A stretch of 64,000 bases of DNA. Origin: Nemertoderma westbladi (Eukaryota; Animalia; Xenacoelomorpha). Below, in pieces: positions 58,509-64,000 of the stretch (position 1 is its first letter; the number at the start of each line of letters is the position of its first letter). Both the position numbers and the translations under genes were made by a program. The notes under the pieces are model-generated. The model was not told the DNA's origin and did not search any database. It saw only the letters and a program-made list of their open reading frames with translations. The stretch is from contig JAUCBJ010008936.1 of the NCBI GenBank assembly GCA_032718475.1, positions 1-64,000 on the forward strand, given 5' to 3'.

Positions 58509-59104
58509 TCAAAATTACTCAATCAAAATTTTCATCAATTATCCATAAATAAAACATTGATATGTTTACAATATAAATATTTAAGATTCAAAACCTACCT
58601 GCCAAGTTCTCAAGTTTATTCAGCATTTCCGTTACTTTCTCATAACTACAAGGGTCCTCTGGCAAGGGAGCATGAATATAAATATCAGCCATTGGGGGAC
58701 CAGTTCTTTCGTCAAGTACTCCCCGCATAACAGCTCCATCGATTAGACACTTGTAGGTCGGATCGTTAAAAGGGGTGTTGCAGTTCTTATGTTTTATTAT
58801 ATTGCTTGTCCACAGTACCCTCTAAAAGTGGCAGCCCGCATAGGGCCCAGGATCTCGAAAGGGTTAATTTTATAATGAACTTATGTTTAATATTTTCAGA
58901 CGCAACTACGGATGATCCCAGATCTCAATGCCCTCGACCACTTCAACAACGAGTTAGAATTACACGGAGGGAGATGGTGGTACATCCTCGGCCGGGGTAA
59001 GCCGGCCGAGCCTACCTTGGTCGATGGTGTACCTGAAGACGCCAGAGTTCATATCACGCGAGTGATTCCAGCAGCCCTACTCTACCAATTCAATGTCTAC
59101 GTGG

Positions 59105-59350
59105 CCGGGGGTGGCGGCATTGCGGGAGCCGGGGGCAGAGGCGTTGTGGGAGCCGGGGGTGGAGGCGTTGTGGGAGCCGGGGGTGGAAGCATTGCGGGAG
59201 CAAAGGGCCGGAGGCGTTGTGGGAGCCGGGGGCGGAGGCGTTGCGGGAGCCGGGGGTGGAGGCATTGTGGGAGCCAGGGGTGGAGGCATTGCGGGAGCGA
59301 GGGGTGGAGGCATTGTGGGAGCAGGGGGTGGAGGCGTTGCAGGAGCCACG
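59105..59350. repeat. 24-bp G-rich minisatellite, ~10 copies
   Basis: ggaggcgttgtgggagccgggggt variants. Confidence 0.93.
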
Positions 59351-59359
59351 GGTAGAGCA

Positions 59360-59770
59360 CCGTTAAGCACCGTTATATACAGACGGTTATATACATATTC
59401 AGAATAATTCTGAGTGGACCATAATTCGTTACAATAAAGAGGCGTGATATATGACCTAAAAAGTGTAAATTTCACAGTGTTAGTGCAATTAATAAATTTC
59501 CTACATAATGTATTTGCGGGTGCGTATAACCCCCTAGTTACATTCTTAATATCATAATCATCGTCTCAACTTTCGTGAATTACATGGCCTAAATAGATAT
59601 ATTTTTCGGTTCTAGAAATTATTTTATCATATAAGTACATTGGTGCCATATCAACTAGGTTACTAGAACGAAAATTGAAAAACATAACTTTCAATTTCTT
59701 TAGGTTAAACATTAATTTTAAAACAAAATATTTCAGAATATCTAATTGCAAATAATGTAGGCCCAACCGC
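59360..59770 (-). pseudogene. LINE RT C-terminal fragment
   Basis: FNLKKLKVMFF, YIYLGHVI, KFTLFRSYITPLYCNELW; internal stop. Confidence 0.7.
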
Positions 59771-59989
59771 ATCAAAAAATCATGGGTCGCAATTGTCCGG
59801 GTCGCAATTGTCCGGACACCGTGGCACGGTAAGGCTCGACCTTAACAACAACACAACCCTCGACAACACAGCCATAAGATTCAAAAAATTGCATTCTGTA
59901 TAGAAATTGAAGTAATTGGTCAACATCTAACGTGACAAAATCATAAAAAATGGACATGCTATTCATTGGCTTCCTATATGGATTACGGG

Positions 59990-60992
59990 ACATTTCAGAT
60001 TTCAGATCTCTCGCCTCACGCTCCTCTTGCTCCTTCCTCTCTATTTCCTCGCACTCCCTAAAGCTTTTCACGACCTTCTCAGCTTTCTCTCTATTTTCTC
60101 TAACTAGTTCTTTCTCCTTCTCTAATAGCGCACTCTCTTCCTCTACCTGTCTGTCGAATTCTCTCTGACCTAGCGCCGCCAGATCGAGTTGGCATGCCAG
60201 ATTTATTGCCATCACCCGTTTTTCTTTTGCGGAGGATGTAGCAGACTTATCGGTTGCGACGGATTCCCTCCGCCTTCCCGTCCTACCGACCCTCCCCCGC
60301 CTCCCGGAACTCCCTCCGACCGACGAGACCGAATCCTCGGGGTTAACCTCGGATTCGCCCTTCTGCGGTCTCCTCCAACCCACTAATTTTACTCCCCGGG
60401 CATCGACTAAGTATGGCCCTATGTACAATACACTAGGCTGCATACCCCTACACTCCCATAGTTCAAACAGTTCGCTGGCAACCCCTCTCGCTCTCTCCTC
60501 GGCTAGCTCTCTCTGCCCAAAACGCATCAGGTAGTTAAAATGTTCATTCGACACACCTAGTCATCTTTTCAACTTGACCTGGTCTATCTTGGCCCCTCCT
60601 TTAGTCTCTTTGAGTAACTTCCGGGTCGCGTTGTAGGCCCGTTGAAGTCGATCGCTGACCCCGACGTCCTCGTCGCCGACATCTCCCCTGTCTCTCTGGG
60701 TCCTGCGTCGTACCGGCGGCCCCACCGTCGCCGTTCCGGTGGGCCGTCCGTCGCCTTCGGCCTGTGGCTGGCCGGCGACTTCGGCACGTCGACCGCCGCC
60801 GTGTGTCGACTCGTCTCTCTCTCCTCCCGACTCGTTCTCTAGTTGTAGATGGCTCCCCTCATCCTGGATTGCCGGATCGCCCGTTGTCGGTAAATTCGGC
60901 GTCGCGGGACGGTTCCATTGCGTCGCGGCCTCGCGGATCGTTAGATCGCCGTCCGGGGTCCGTGGCGGTGTCGTTTCCCCTTCTCGACTCAT
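59990..60992 (-). pseudogene. 5' part of an LTR-retrotransposon gag (BEL-like), truncated, with an in-frame stop at 60561
   Basis: Two co-framed ORFs with GC-rich coding-like composition; a VNPEDSVSSV-Ser/Arg-rich segment followed by a coiled coil, as in BEL gag N-termini. Confidence 0.45.
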
Positions 60993-61706
60993 CTTTGTAG
61001 TTACCTGGTGATGACTTACTAGCTTGTTAGGCAGCAGTTGCTCTAATTACTGTGACGGGATCCACTGAGGATCCCGGTTTATCCGGTTTTGGTTTCTAAT
61101 CTACGCATCCCTGCCGTGTGTGAAAGGTAGAAAGAGTTCTGAGTTATTGATTGATCGGTGTATATGGGTCCAAGGATGTAATATAATAAAATGATAATAG
61201 CACGAATAGTTGATGTTTGATGCAGTGTACCGGTAAATGATATATATTGTTGATAGTAGACGGAGACGGTAATTAGAGTTCCGCTACTGTCCTAACTAGT
61301 TGACTTACTACAAGTGAATGAATGATACCGTGAAACGGTAATATATTGCACCGGTTGGCCGCATTACACTACTCAGTACTCAGTCGATGCTTTCCCCCCA
61401 TTGGCTAATAACACACTTGTCGCCCTTCTACCTCCCTTGGAGTGTTTCCCTTTACCCCTGCTATTCCCTCTCTCAATGCCCGCGACCATGTCAACGAGTT
61501 GGAATTACACAGAGGGAGAGGGTGGTACATCCTCCCCGTGAGTTCTTTCTACATAACAACATTATCCTGTTATGGTACTCCAGCAGTTTTGTATTTCGAA
61601 TTGGAAGAAGAGGCAACATTAAATCTTGCTGCTACACTCTTGGAGTTAAGAAGATAAATATTGCTGCCGCATTATACAATATGACATTTGACATGATATG
61701 ACATAT

Positions 61707-62374
61707 GGGGCCGTCCAAGTATGACGTCAGCACTTTAGGGGGGGGAGGGGGGTTGGGAAAATCTGATGACGTGCTGATGAGGGGAGGGGAGGGGGTCAGC
61801 CAAAATCTGACGTCAGCATGTTCATTTATAGGTGCTTGAAGAGATATAGCAGAAGAGTAAATAGCTTGCCTATTTTAATTGTTCGAAGCCCCCGAAGGCC
61901 CTTAGCACGACCTTCTGTTTCAGTTACCAGTCACCATCTTTCAGTGATTAGGACGCGTGCTACTGGGGTACTGAGGTACTGGGGTTCGCCTGAAAATGAA
62001 ACATTAATCCTAAGCTAATGATTGTTAAAGACTGCAGTACTGGTTCATTTAGGCCTATTATTAGCTTGTTTGTTTATTATCATTCATAAACTGCTGTCAC
62101 ATCAGGTAGAAGTATGTAAACGATAGGCTATCCTACTACAAATCTATACCTTCCTATATAGATAAGCTATGTAACTACAGCCAGCCCCCGTGCACCCCCC
62201 CCTCCAATGCAATATAATACCTTTATCCTGCTGATAATATTTTATTACAAATTTTTTTTTAATCTGATTTAGGGGGGGGGGGGGGGTCAACGCCTATCTG
62301 ATGACATCTGATTTAGGGGAGGGAGGGGGTCAACATTTTGGGGAAAAGTGCAGACGTCATACTTGGACGGCCCC
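61707..62374. mobile_element. MITE, 668 bp, ~30-bp TIRs, 3-bp TSD TAT (PIF/Harbinger-like TSD length)
   Basis: ggggccgtccaagtatgacgtcagcacttt ... aaagtgcagacgtcatacttggacggcccc, flanked by tat on both sides; G-rich subterminal repeats. Confidence 0.85.
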
Positions 62375-64000
62375 TATGACATTGAGTATAATAGATAAAT
62401 TGAGTAGGACATAGAAGCCATTGACTCCAATGCTGTAATACCTGTTATTAATATAGAATAAGAACACTTGACTTGCCCGTGGAAAATGTAGATAGTGATT
62501 GAATTTATATTGTATTTTGGCATAACAAACGATGAATATTTAGCGCCACCCTCCATTATTGGGGAGGACATAGCATCCATTGTCTCCGACTCTGTAATAC
62601 CTGTTATTAATATATAGATGAACACTTGACTTGTCCGTGGGAAATGTGATATGGGAAATCCTATGTTGTATTTTGGCATAAGAAACATGGTGTATTATTG
62701 ACATGAAATATTTTTTGTCTCGGGCGGTGGGTATTATAAATTTACTATTGTGACAGATGAGGGAGCTTGTGTGACACCTTGTGACAGAGATGGGAGGGGG
62801 GGGGGGGGATGTATCAAACATCGGGGAAATTTGCTTGACTTACTTTATGAATGTCCCCATACTTATCATGGGACAACTATTTCCTCTTTCTTATATATTT
62901 ATTTTTGCAGATCTAATCTGTCGCTTATTAATTGATATGACGATTTTTGCTACTCAGTATATTGAAATGTAATGAGTAATTTTTTATGATATTTTAATTA
63001 TATTTTTTTTTGGTTAATTATATTTGCAGGTGACGCAATCTGCAACGCAAGCGCAGATGTTACAAGGAATGGGAGGATGTGACGATGAACTTGTCTTACG
63101 GCGCAGTTCACATTTATTGTCTGACTGGACAATTGTCAGACTCGGAAGCTTATGTTCGCCAAGCAGTTTCCCTTGGGTTATGGTGACCCGGGGGACATCG
63201 CAGGCGTTGGAAATGTTGAAGGATTTCGTCATCTACTCCGGTTATCGTCCCAACAGTTTAGCGATTCGGAATCTGTCCTCCATGTTTTTGACATTCTGTC
63301 CCGCGAACAGGCACTGAGTAATACGTCTTTACGTTTGCGGAAATTCCCTGGCATTTGTGCGAATATTAACTCGGTCACATGCGATGAATTCAAATAATTC
63401 CTTGATAAGTCGCGTAATGAAACAGTTAATAACTCAGGGAACGCGCGATTGTTGATGACTCACGTGAAGATAGTCTCGGGAACTAAATGGGGATCCGTGA
63501 GCAACGAACTTAGGAGCGGAGAAAGTTATACAACCTGATAACTAAGTTTGGTAACCCACATCTGTTCCTCACCGTTGCTCCTAACGAAATGGGATCCCTT
63601 GCTGTTTTAAGGTTACTTTATATTTAATAAAAATGGGGGAGGGTGGGTTTGTTAGTTGTACGTAGATTACGAGACACTGTATTCCGGGACATGGTATACA
63701 TTTATTTCTAAAATGTAGGGCGAGCCACAAAGTAAACGAGCATTGCATTAGCATACAGTTTAATTTTAATACATGGTCATAAATCGGCGTTGTATAAGGT
63801 TATGTTTGGATTTCTTATATAAAGATTTGTTGCTAGCACCAAATTTCGTATCCATGACGAAATAGTACAGGTTTGAGATAGTGCTGTTTTAAATGATTTC
63901 ATCGGATTCAGGTGATAATATATCAATATATATTTGCTTATTTTTAAAAATTTGGTGCAGGCACAACAATTTTAACCCGAAAAATATAAGTTTGAAAACT

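Noticed and set aside
58912-59475. Gly-rich and Pro-rich ORFs
   Set aside because: Translations of a 24-bp G-rich tandem repeat.
63024-63520. Coding-like stretch near the window end
   Set aside because: Interrupted by a stop, no recognisable motif; cannot be assigned to a gene or element.

Overview
AT-rich eukaryotic (probably invertebrate) genomic DNA made almost entirely of nested transposable elements and tandem repeats, with one credible host gene: a small secreted, probably GPI-anchored, Cys-rich Ly6/three-finger-like protein at 14158-14808 (-). The main observation is two divergent BEL/Pao LTR retrotransposons, A (1-7951, +) and B (about 21520-34757, -). Each carries an intact extra ORF in the env position encoding a DEDDy-like 3'-5' exonuclease domain (Exo III Asp replaced by Glu in both) plus CCHC zinc knuckles. 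In both elements this ORF3 is flanked by sense-strand structured RNA motifs. Element B has nested hairpin modules between pol and ORF3, and an array of six covarying hairpin units (five UUCG-capped) in its putative 3' LTR. These units are interspersed with three copies of a hairpin that also occurs inside the ORF3 coding sequence (best match 31/32 nt). Also present: an inverted gag segment in B; a young complete Gypsy element with apparently identical TG..TA LTRs and a hydrophobic insert between protease and RT; a PIF1-like helicase/GIY-YIG relic; a Penelope-like 3' end with a hammerhead; and LINE, pogo, piggyBac, Sola2-like, Academ-like, HINE-like and MITE relics. All domain calls come from motif recognition by eye; no searches or folding programs were run.
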